Assembly: GCA_964391885.1 (NCBI GenBank)
Contig: CAYMNU010000010.1
Coordinates: 176-64,175, forward strand
DNA from: an uncultured archaeon
Lineage (GTDB): Archaea > Altiarchaeota > Altiarchaeia > JAFGQM01
DNA length: 64,000 nucleotides
Reading direction: 5' to 3'
Numbering within the stretch: the first letter of the stretch is position 1; every line of letters starts with the position of its first letter. The notes below the pieces were generated by a model. It was not told the origin of the DNA, searched no databases, and saw only the letters and a list, made by a program, of their open reading frames with translations. Positions 45,585 to 53,534 of the stretch are shown here, in pieces. The translations under genes and the position numbers were made by a program.

Positions 45585-46624
45585 CTTGTGGTCAAAAGAC
45601 CCCTGAGGTCTATATTCTTTTTTACAAGCTTTTCGAGTTCGCTTATCTTGTCTTTTGAGTCCTTTGTCAGGAGAGGCTCCATAGAATCAACTTTTTTTGC
45701 CACTGCAAACGTATCGTCAGGAACCAAGAGTAGGGGCACACCTTTCTCTTCGGCTTTTGATATTATGTTGGAAGACGGCAGTATGCCATTAGTCAAGAGT
45801 ATCGCCACGGTGTCGCTTTCAAGTGCCGCCAGAATCATATCGCTTCGGTCTCCCGGAGTTATCACCAGTTTTTCCCTGCGTTCACTGAATATTTTTTGGA
45901 GCGGGGAATCCACTGACATTGCGCCAATCAATATGTTTTTGACCAGCTTGTCAAGATTCCGTTCCCCTGCGACCACCTTGGCGAAGAGTGCATCCGCAAG
46001 ATATCCTACTGAGAGATAGGTCAAACCCGTGGCATAGGGCATGATGCCCAGCACTTTGACGCCGATGGCTTCAATCTCCTTGAGCTGGTTGAGCTTGAAT
46101 TCTTGGGGATTGCTGACCTTGTTTATTATGACGCCTGCAAAATCAAGGGCGCTGCTATCCAGGTACTTATGCAAAAATGCAATATTGTCAACAACGGAAT
46201 CATCGTCGCCGGTGACGACTACAACGAGCCTTCCACCAGTATGCTTTGCCAAGGACAAAGAACCAAGATGTACATGAGTCCCATACATCAGGTCTTTTCC
46301 TCCCTCTATAAACAAAAGTTCTTTTCCCGTCCCCACTATCTCAGCAGCCTCGAGCAATCGGTCCCGGGTCCCGTCTCCGCTATACGAGTACCTAAGTTTT
46401 GAATGATCAAAGCCGAAGCACATGTCTTCGGGGTTATCGTCCAGGGAGAAAAGGCCAGACATAAGGACTGTATCATAGTCCCAGATTCTCTTTTTCCTAT
46501 AGACCATGCGGTCGCCGAAAGGCTTCATGTAACCTATCTTCTTTCCCAGGGCCTTTGCGATGCCGGCTATTATGCTGGTCTTGCCCGCCCCTTCATGCAT
46601 CGATGCAAACACTAGCTTATCCAT
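45581..46624 (-). CDS. Free-standing Pta-N-terminal-like protein (BioD-like P-loop + DRTGG domain)
   Basis: MHEGAGKTSI P-loop-like start. C-terminal ITPGDRSDMILAAL...LLTNG...KAEEKGVPLLLVPDDTF (DRTGG domain). 8-nt overlap with the acd stop. Confidence 0.7.
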   Translation of the reverse strand: MDKLVFASMHEGAGKTSIIAGIAKALGKKIGYMKPFGDRMVYRKKRIWDYDTVLMSGLFSLDDNPEDMCFGFDHSKLRYSYSGDGTRDRLLEAAEIVGTGKELLFIEGGKDLMYGTHVHLGSLSLAKHTGGRLVVVVTGDDDSVVDNIAFLHKYLDSSALDFAGVIINKVSNPQEFKLNQLKEIEAIGVKVLGIMPYATGLTYLSVGYLADALFAKVVAGERNLDKLVKNILIGAMSVDSPLQKIFSERREKLVITPGDRSDMILAALESDTVAILLTNGILPSSNIISKAEEKGVPLLLVPDDTFAVAKKVDSMEPLLTKDSKDKISELEKLVKKNIDLRGLLTTR

Positions 46625-48761
46625 CCTCGTTTTCTCCCTTTGTTTTTGAACCTTTTGAAAGTAAAACCCGGACATCTACCGCCCTCACTCCCTTGCCCTG
46701 CTCGTATACTGCAACCGGGTTAATTTCTATATCGCTTATTAGTTTGCAACGCCTGATTATGCTAGCCACCCTGATTATCGTGTCGACTAGTGCATTTATG
46801 TCTTTTTTGTCTTCGCCGCGCACACCCAGCAGTATCTGGTAGGATTTAATCTCCTTAATCATTGAGATTATCTCATTTCGGTCCAGGGGCACGGAGCGGA
46901 AGGCTATGTCTTTCATAACCTCAACGTATATCCCCCCCATACCACACATTATGGTTGGTCCGAATTTGGCGTCTTTTCTCGCACCCACTATTATCTCAGT
47001 GCCTGCTTTTATCATCTCGGCTATCTCCACCCCTTTAATAACTGCATTCGGCTTATGGGACTTGCATGAGCTTATTATGGCTTGATATGCGTCAATGATT
47101 TCCCTATCAGATTCAAGTCCAAGTATCACACCGCCGACGTCGCTCTTGTGCAGTATATCCTTTGAGACTACCTTCATGACTACTGGGTACCCGATCTCCC
47201 GGGCAAACTTAACTGCCTGGTCTATGCTCTCTGCTATTTTGCTTTTTGGTGTTGTGACACCAGCTACGCGCATAACCTCTCTGCATTCATCGGCAAGAAG
47301 GAAATCTCTGCCATCTGAAAGGGCTTTGGATGCTATATCTTCTATTGAATTCGTGTCCATGGGCAGCTCAGCATGCTTTTCTGCGCGGTTTCTGATGTAA
47401 TTGCAGTAAGTCTCCATTGCGCCTAGGCATGATACGCCCTGGTAAACATCATCGAATACTGGCACCCCCTTGCGCCTTAAGTCATCTATAGACCGCTCGA
47501 TGGCTTCGCCGCCAAAGATAGAGAAAACCAGGGGCTTCCCGCCCTTGAGATAACTGCGATAATTGCGCTCTATGAGGCGGGAAAGGTTTTCGGCGTCGAA
47601 TACGGCAGTCTCACAATAAAGTGCGATTACGGAATCAATGTCCTTGCTTGAGAGCGCCGCCGAAAGGGCAAGCTCGTATTCCTTAGAGGTGGCACCCCCC
47701 GTGACATCAATCGGGTTCTTTGTAGAGCCGAAGTCGGGCGTTGCCCGGGAGAACAATTTTTTTAGCTTGGATGAATCATCGTAGAGCTCTATGCCGTATT
47801 TTTCACAGGCATCCGCAGCCATGACGCCAATGCCACCCCCATTTGTTATGATAACGCAGTTTTTGCCTTTTGGCAACGAGCTGGTGTCAAAGAATTTACA
47901 CCAGTTGAATGCATCTTCTATGCTTTCGGCCCTGAGAGCGCCGCATTGGCGCATTATATCATCGAAAACCTTGTCTGAGCCTGCAAGAGAGCCGGTGTGC
48001 GAGGCAACAGCAATGGCGCCTCTTTTAGACCTGCCGGATTTAATAACTATTACGGGCTTCCTTTTGGTAGCCTTTTTCAGTATCCTGACCATCTCTTCGC
48101 CCTTTCTCACCCCCTCGATATACATGAGTATTGTCCGTGTCTCCTTTTGGGCCATGAGATATTCTAAAAGCTCGGACTCGCTGACATCAGCCTTGTTACC
48201 GACAGATACTATCGCAGAAAGCCCCATACTCTCAACTGCTGTCTTGCCTATCATAGAAAGCCCCAGCGCACCGCTTTGTGTTATAATAGCCACACCCCCG
48301 GGGAGGATGCGGTCAGGGCCGAATGTAGCATTGAGAGAGCACACTGAGGAATACACCCCGAAAATATTGGGACCCAGTACCCTCATACCACGGCTTTTGG
48401 CATACCTGACTATCTTCTTCTCTTCTTCAATATTGCCGATTTCCGAGAAACCTGAAGTGATTATCGGGGCGAACTTGACACCTGCATCGGCACATTCCTT
48501 AACTGAATCAAATACATATTTTGCAGGTATGCATATGTCGGCTATGTCTATCTCGCCGGGGACCTCATTTATGCTCTTATACACCTTGAGGCCCATAATC
48601 TCGCCGCCTTTGGGGTTTATCGGGTAAATCCTGCCCTTAAATCCGCCCTTGATTATATTCTCAAGCACCTTGAAGCCTATCTTTGCGGGCTCGTGCGACG
48701 CACCTATTACCGCGACAGAGCGGGGTTCAAACAGGTATTTTATATCTGGTTTTTTCGACAT
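46617..48761 (-). CDS. acd: Acetyl-CoA synthetase (ADP-forming), fused alpha-beta
   Basis: SVAVIGASHEPAKIGFKV CoA-binding, ASHTGSLAG phosphohistidine loop and C-terminal ATP-grasp GYPVVMKVVSKDILHKSDVGGV. ATG at 48761; TTG at 48788 is the alternative. Confidence 0.85.
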   Translation of the reverse strand: MSKKPDIKYLFEPRSVAVIGASHEPAKIGFKVLENIIKGGFKGRIYPINPKGGEIMGLKVYKSINEVPGEIDIADICIPAKYVFDSVKECADAGVKFAPIITSGFSEIGNIEEEKKIVRYAKSRGMRVLGPNIFGVYSSVCSLNATFGPDRILPGGVAIITQSGALGLSMIGKTAVESMGLSAIVSVGNKADVSESELLEYLMAQKETRTILMYIEGVRKGEEMVRILKKATKRKPVIVIKSGRSKRGAIAVASHTGSLAGSDKVFDDIMRQCGALRAESIEDAFNWCKFFDTSSLPKGKNCVIITNGGGIGVMAADACEKYGIELYDDSSKLKKLFSRATPDFGSTKNPIDVTGGATSKEYELALSAALSSKDIDSVIALYCETAVFDAENLSRLIERNYRSYLKGGKPLVFSIFGGEAIERSIDDLRRKGVPVFDDVYQGVSCLGAMETYCNYIRNRAEKHAELPMDTNSIEDIASKALSDGRDFLLADECREVMRVAGVTTPKSKIAESIDQAVKFAREIGYPVVMKVVSKDILHKSDVGGVILGLESDREIIDAYQAIISSCKSHKPNAVIKGVEIAEMIKAGTEIIVGARKDAKFGPTIMCGMGGIYVEVMKDIAFRSVPLDRNEIISMIKEIKSYQILLGVRGEDKKDINALVDTIIRVASIIRRCKLISDIEINPVAVYEQGKGVRAVDVRVLLSKGSKTKGENEDG

Positions 48762-48800
48762 TGTAATGGGAATGTTGCTGCTAGCCAATATAAAAATAAA

Positions 48801-50690
48801 TTAAGCGGTCTTGAAAATCATCTTCATCTCATATACCCCCTCGACGCTCTTCTTATCGATATCAAAGCCCATGTCCTCGAAGAGCCTGATCATGTGGCTG
48901 TTGTCCACAAGAACCTCTGCAGTAAAGCCTAAAAGGCCCTGCTTCTTCGCGAGATAAGTCAGATGAGAGAGCAGCTGGTGGCCTATGCCCCTGTTTTGGA
49001 AATCGTCGCGAACCACTATTGCAACTTCTGCGGTGTGCCGTGACTCGTCTATGCCGTACTGGCCGACTGCGACCACTTCTTCATTGCCCTCACCGTCACC
49101 AAGGAGCGCAAGTATAAGGGTTTCCTGTGTGTAATCTATGATGACAAACTCCTGCAAGCGCTCATGGGGCATGTCCCTGCGGGCTGAGATAAATCGCTTG
49201 TAGGTGCTTTCATCAGACAGGGAATAAAAAAAGTCCTTGAGAAGGGGCTCATCGCTTATCTTCACCGGCCTGAGGAAAAGATTAAGGCCTGTCCGCGTAG
49301 TCCTATAAGTCTCAAGCTCTTCTGGATATTCCCCTCGCTTTCCGGGTATGAATGCCTGGTCGGAATATATTAATCCCCTCTTTTTTGCGTCTTCAATCAA
49401 TGCAGGCCGGAATTTGGGGTGGGCTATAGAGATTAAATCCATTGCCCGCTCACGCATATTTTTTCCATGAAGATAAGCAATGCCATATTCCGTAACGACA
49501 TAATGTACATCACCCCGGGTGAGCGTTACCCCCGCCCCGCTTTTGAGGAAGGGAACGATTCTGGAAACCTTGTCGTTGTCTGCCGTCGACTGCATTGCCA
49601 GTATTGTTTTCCCGCCCTTGGAAAGCACAGCGCCGCGCATGAAGTCTGCCTGCCCCCCTATGCCACTGTAGAACGTATTGCCCAATGACTCGGCAGTAGC
49701 TTGGCCGGTAAGATCTATCTCAAGGCCGCTGTTTATGGCAACCATGTTCTCATTGCTTGATATGACACGGGGGTTGTTGACATAGTCGATGGAGTGAAAT
49801 TTAATCGAGGGATTATTGTTTATAAAGTCGTATGTGGCTTTCTTGCCCATGCAAAAAGATGCGACAGTGTGCCCTCGGTTGATGGTCTTTTTTGAATTGG
49901 TAATGGCTCCTTTTTTGATCAGTTCCACGAGCCCGTCGCTTATGAGCTCGGTATGTACACCCAGGTCTTTTTTGTCCGCGAGCTTAGAGATTATTGCATT
50001 AGGTATGCTGCCATAGCCCACCTGTATAGTGTCACCATCATCTATTATCCTTGCGACATAGTCGCCTATCTTTTTGGAGATTTTGTCGGAGACTGTTGAC
50101 TCATATTCAAGGAGAGGTTCGTCTTTGCAGACAAAGAAATCCACTTCGCTCACGTGTATGAAGCTATCGCCGTGCGTACGTGGCATTTTTGAGTTCACCT
50201 GTGCTATGACCAGCCTTGCGCTTTCCGCTGCCGCCTTGCTTATGTCAACGCTTATGCCAAGGCTCATGTATCCGTGCTCATCAGGTGGAGAGACCTGGAT
50301 AAGGGCTACGTCAATGGGTATGCGCGCATCGCTAAACATTCGCGGAACTTCAGAGAGGAATATTGGTGTATAATCAGCCATGCCTTTATTGATGGCATCC
50401 CGTGTGTTCTTGCCTATGAAGAATGAGTTATGGCGAAAGTTCTTTTTGAACTTCTGGTCAGTGTACGGTGCGATTCCAAGAGTCCATACCTGAAGAAGCT
50501 CTGCATCAAAAAAGGCTTTGGGGTGGGATTCTACATATTTTACCAGCGAGTTAACGAGGTATTGCGGTTCGCCGCATGCCGTTGAAATGAATATCCTGTC
50601 GCCAGGATGGATTTTGGAAAAGATGCTTTCCTCGGATGCAAACTTATCCGGGAATTCCTTTTTCATTGCACTTATAGTTGCATTTTCCAT
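48801..50690 (-). CDS. Acetyl-CoA hydrolase/transferase-family domain fused to C-terminal GNAT acetyltransferase
   Basis: GIGGQADFMRGA (CoA-transferase family). C-terminal VAIVVRDDFQNRGIGHQLL...EVLVDNSHMIRLFEDMGF (GNAT motif A). Confidence 0.8.
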   Translation of the reverse strand: MENATISAMKKEFPDKFASEESIFSKIHPGDRIFISTACGEPQYLVNSLVKYVESHPKAFFDAELLQVWTLGIAPYTDQKFKKNFRHNSFFIGKNTRDAINKGMADYTPIFLSEVPRMFSDARIPIDVALIQVSPPDEHGYMSLGISVDISKAAAESARLVIAQVNSKMPRTHGDSFIHVSEVDFFVCKDEPLLEYESTVSDKISKKIGDYVARIIDDGDTIQVGYGSIPNAIISKLADKKDLGVHTELISDGLVELIKKGAITNSKKTINRGHTVASFCMGKKATYDFINNNPSIKFHSIDYVNNPRVISSNENMVAINSGLEIDLTGQATAESLGNTFYSGIGGQADFMRGAVLSKGGKTILAMQSTADNDKVSRIVPFLKSGAGVTLTRGDVHYVVTEYGIAYLHGKNMRERAMDLISIAHPKFRPALIEDAKKRGLIYSDQAFIPGKRGEYPEELETYRTTRTGLNLFLRPVKISDEPLLKDFFYSLSDESTYKRFISARRDMPHERLQEFVIIDYTQETLILALLGDGEGNEEVVAVGQYGIDESRHTAEVAIVVRDDFQNRGIGHQLLSHLTYLAKKQGLLGFTAEVLVDNSHMIRLFEDMGFDIDKKSVEGVYEMKMIFKTA

Positions 50691-50770
50691 TTATACCACC
50701 CTAGGGGCTTATATTCTGTTTGGCAAGTTAAAAATATACGGGTCCGAAAACTGCATTAGGGTTTTGGACA

Positions 50771-51559
50771 TTAGAAAACGCGTGTTTTGCCGTTGTCGAT
50801 TATAGTCAGCCTTGCGACAGAAAAAAGCTCAAGCGGGCAGTTCGCCACGCAGCCTGTTTCTCTCATAACTGTTTCAAATTTCTGGTCATGAAGACCTGCA
50901 TTTTTCGTTACTATGGTCTCAAAATCCCTGAAGCCTGCAAAGTCCCCGGCGAGAGTGACATGGCCGTTGAAGCGTATGGCGTCATTCAGCTCTGTATTCA
51001 GGCTCTCCTTGTTCATTCTCGTCTCTACCGTGCTCATGGATTTGGATATTTTCATTGCATTCAGATCACCAAGAAAAGAGAGCCTGAACAAAGCGATTTC
51101 CATTGCGCGGGCAGGTATGTTTATGTATTGGGAAGGCGAATTTTCCTCAGTCAGGATTAACTCGGCGCTCTCAATTCCATTGGAGAGCAACTCGTTGACT
51201 ATGCTCGCCTCTGAAACATCGCCCTCGACGCATGCGATATCAGGGAGTTTGGGCACATACCCAAAATCAAGCTTATCATAGATGAAAGAGGGTTTCTTTG
51301 ACTTCATGCGCACCGGACCCGATATCATGGCATTCCCGAGGGTCCAGCCGGCAAGCTGGCAGCCCAATGTGGCCAATACGGGCCTGGGGGAGGAGGCTTT
51401 TACAGTAAGGAGCTCTCCGCTAAGGCCATATTCGACCTTGCCCTGGAAGCCCATGGATGCCTCGGCGAAGACCTTGCCATGTTCCAGGCTTTCCGCACGG
51501 TAGAGCGGAAAGGATTTCGTGCCCTCGGGCTTGTCCTTGAGTATTTCAGATAATTTCAT
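50771..51559 (-). CDS. mch: Methenyl-H4MPT cyclohydrolase (Mch)-like protein, short form
   Basis: By-eye alignment to remembered Mch: LGCQLAGW...ISGPVR, IPARAMEIALFRL, NDAIRFNGHVTL and C-terminal ...LELFSVARLTIIDNGKTRVF. 262 aa versus about 320 expected. Confidence 0.5.
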   Translation of the reverse strand: MKLSEILKDKPEGTKSFPLYRAESLEHGKVFAEASMGFQGKVEYGLSGELLTVKASSPRPVLATLGCQLAGWTLGNAMISGPVRMKSKKPSFIYDKLDFGYVPKLPDIACVEGDVSEASIVNELLSNGIESAELILTEENSPSQYINIPARAMEIALFRLSFLGDLNAMKISKSMSTVETRMNKESLNTELNDAIRFNGHVTLAGDFAGFRDFETIVTKNAGLHDQKFETVMRETGCVANCPLELFSVARLTIIDNGKTRVF

Positions 51560-51590
51560 AAGCTAATTAGCAGGATAAAGTATAAATCGG

Positions 51591-51807
51591 CATACCCCAA
51601 CTTTCAAGATGGGGTATGAACTTACATGGCAAAGTCGAAAAGACTTTGCCAGTCTCGCACGATGAAATCGTGCGATTACAAGATAGGACTGAATCTTACA
51701 GTCCCGGCTTGAACACAAACTTCATTTCATGAAGTTGTGCGCACCTTCGACTTCATCGAAAGTTGCGAGCAGGGGTATGTCCTATCTTGTAATCAGGAAG
51801 ACTTCAT
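51591..51807. other. Dense hairpin / inverted-repeat array (candidate structured ncRNA, MITE or multi-terminator)
   Basis: Read directly. 8-bp CATACCCC/GGGGTATG. 10-bp TGGCAAAGTC-gaaaa-GACTTTGCCA. 9-bp TCGCACGAT-gaa-ATCGTGCGA. 6-bp GGACTG/CAGTCC. 11-bp bulged CACAAACTTCAT-ttc-ATGAAGTTGTG. 16-bp perfect inverted repeat GATTACAAGATAGGAC (51674-89) / GTCCTATCTTGTAATC (51779-94). Confidence 0.6.
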
Positions 51808-51829
51808 TGGGCAGACATTAAGGAAACCC

Positions 51830-53203
51830 TCAACGTTTTGCAAACAAAAGCAATAGGAAGGTTAAAACAACAATGACACCCAGCAGAAGAAGGACAGAGG
51901 AATCCACTACTATTACAGCACCAGTCGGGCTGTCGTCTGAAGGCGCTGGTTCGGGCGTAGGAACATTACAAGCACTGAAGCAAGACGAGGGGCAATCTGC
52001 CGCCCCGCTGAGAGCTCCGGTCCCACCGTGTTCACAGCAGCTTCCACCAAGCTGCGCACATGTGTATATCACAGGCAGAGGCGCTACGCACCTGCCACAG
52101 TCTTGGGGACAACTACTACAGGTCTCACCGCTTTTGCATATGCCGTCGCCACAGTAGCCAATGGGCAGAGGTGTTGGGCAGACCCCGCAGTCTTGGGGGC
52201 AGTTAGCACAGGTCTCTCCCTGATTGCATACCCCATCGCCACAGTAAGATGTTTGAATTCTGCAAGCGTTGTTCGCACAGCCATGGATACAATACTCTAG
52301 ATTCATCCATATCTCGCTGCAGTCCATGTTCCTCCAGAGTCTCTGCCTCCAGTTTCCGCTGCATCGGTATTGGCTAAGCCATTGTTCGATACATGTTGAG
52401 CTTCTGCAGGCCCCGTTAGAACACCCCTGAGAGCAATACTCATAGTTCATCCAGCGCTCGTCGCAGTTTGCATCTCTCCAGAGCTTTTGGCGCCAGTTTC
52501 CGCTGCACCCGTACTGGTTCAGCCATCGTTCATCGCATGTAGCGCCCCTACATGCATCATTCGAGCAGCCTTCGGGGCAGTATTCGTAATTCATCCAGCG
52601 CTCGTCGCAGTTTGCATCTCTCCAGAGCCTTTGGCGCCAGTTTCCGCTGCATCGGTATTGGCTAAGCCAGCCTTCATCACATCCTTCATCACAATCAATA
52701 TTTAAAGGCCATGCAAGGACCCTAAAGAACTGGAGAGAACCATTGAGCGGAACGGATGCTTCGGTATTGCTATCCAGACCGCCATAGAATTGTGCAATTT
52801 CGACCCATTCGCCGGAACTAAGGCTGGCTTTTCCCTCGATTGTGTAGTTGTTCCCATGGAAGGTGTTCATCCCTAAAACAATCCGTTCACCCTCGAGCCG
52901 TATCTGTATTGCAAAGCTGTCCTGCTGATAAGGGTTAGTCCCCCGAATGCCTTCATCGTAATCACTTATGCCATCGCCGTCAGAATCTAGGTCAGGCGAG
53001 GGTAGTGCCGGGTCATTGATAGGAAAATCATGCCATTGCTCCCACCAGTCGTTGACACCATTGCAGTCTGCGTCGGTGCCGGGATTGCCTAGTGGGGTCA
53101 AAAATGTGATGTCATAGCCCAATGTACTAGACGATAAAATTGTTACAAATAGAGCTACTAAAATCAGATTTGCAAACGGCAGTTGTTTGTTTAGATTATC
53201 CAT
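51830..53203 (-). CDS. Secreted, C-terminally membrane-anchored Cys-rich repeat protein
   Basis: Signal/anchor N-terminus (MDNLNKQLPFANLILVALFVTIL). [12 protein letters not shown] Ca-binding-like motif. 3 x 48-aa W/C-rich repeats, 2 x YCGDGxC..GETC..CPQDCG modules and a C-terminal TM. Confidence 0.7.
   Translation of the reverse strand: MDNLNKQLPFANLILVALFVTILSSSTLGYDITFLTPLGNPGTDADCNGVNDWWEQWHDFPINDPALPSPDLDSDGDGISDYDEGIRGTNPYQQDSFAIQIRLEGERIVLGMNTFHGNNYTIEGKASLSSGEWVEIAQFYGGLDSNTEASVPLNGSLQFFRVLAWPLNIDCDEGCDEGWLSQYRCSGNWRQRLWRDANCDERWMNYEYCPEGCSNDACRGATCDERWLNQYGCSGNWRQKLWRDANCDERWMNYEYCSQGCSNGACRSSTCIEQWLSQYRCSGNWRQRLWRNMDCSEIWMNLEYCIHGCANNACRIQTSYCGDGVCNQGETCANCPQDCGVCPTPLPIGYCGDGICKSGETCSSCPQDCGRCVAPLPVIYTCAQLGGSCCEHGGTGALSGAADCPSSCFSACNVPTPEPAPSDDSPTGAVIVVDSSVLLLLGVIVVLTFLLLLFAKR
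52247..52669. repeat. In-frame tandem repeat, about 3 x 144 bp (48-aa units)
   Basis: TTCATCCAGCGCTCGTCGCAGTTTGCATCTCTCCAGAGC recurs at 52446 and 52590 (period 144). A third, more diverged unit lies at about 52247-52381. Confidence 0.8.
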
Positions 53204-53207
53204 CTTT

Positions 53208-53534
53208 CTATATATACTCCGAAAAAGTATAAAAACTAGTCCATGCATGAATAAAGTGCGGGATTGTCAATGGCAGAGGGGGAGGATCTATGCCATTCGG
53301 ATCATCAAAGATATCCGATATGGCGGAATCCGAGCTTGTCGCTTCTGCAGCCATTGAAAGACCTTCAGATCTAGGAGTATCATAAGTATCAGGTGGCAGC
53401 TCGTCAAAAGCATCAGCTTTCAGTTCGGCATCGAAAGCATTAGCTTCAGGAGTCGGCCACAAAAGCAGAATCATTGCAATTGCTGTTACAGCTAGTGCCA
53501 CTACTAGTACCAGTAATCGATTTGAGCTCACCAT
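53208..53534 (-). CDS. Small acidic secreted or membrane-anchored protein
   Basis: 108 aa. N-terminal hydrophobic LLVLVVALAVTAIAMILLLW. 7-nt overlap with the upstream gene. Confidence 0.4.
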   Translation of the reverse strand: MVSSNRLLVLVVALAVTAIAMILLLWPTPEANAFDAELKADAFDELPPDTYDTPRSEGLSMAAEATSSDSAISDIFDDPNGIDPPPLPLTIPHFIHAWTSFYTFSEYI

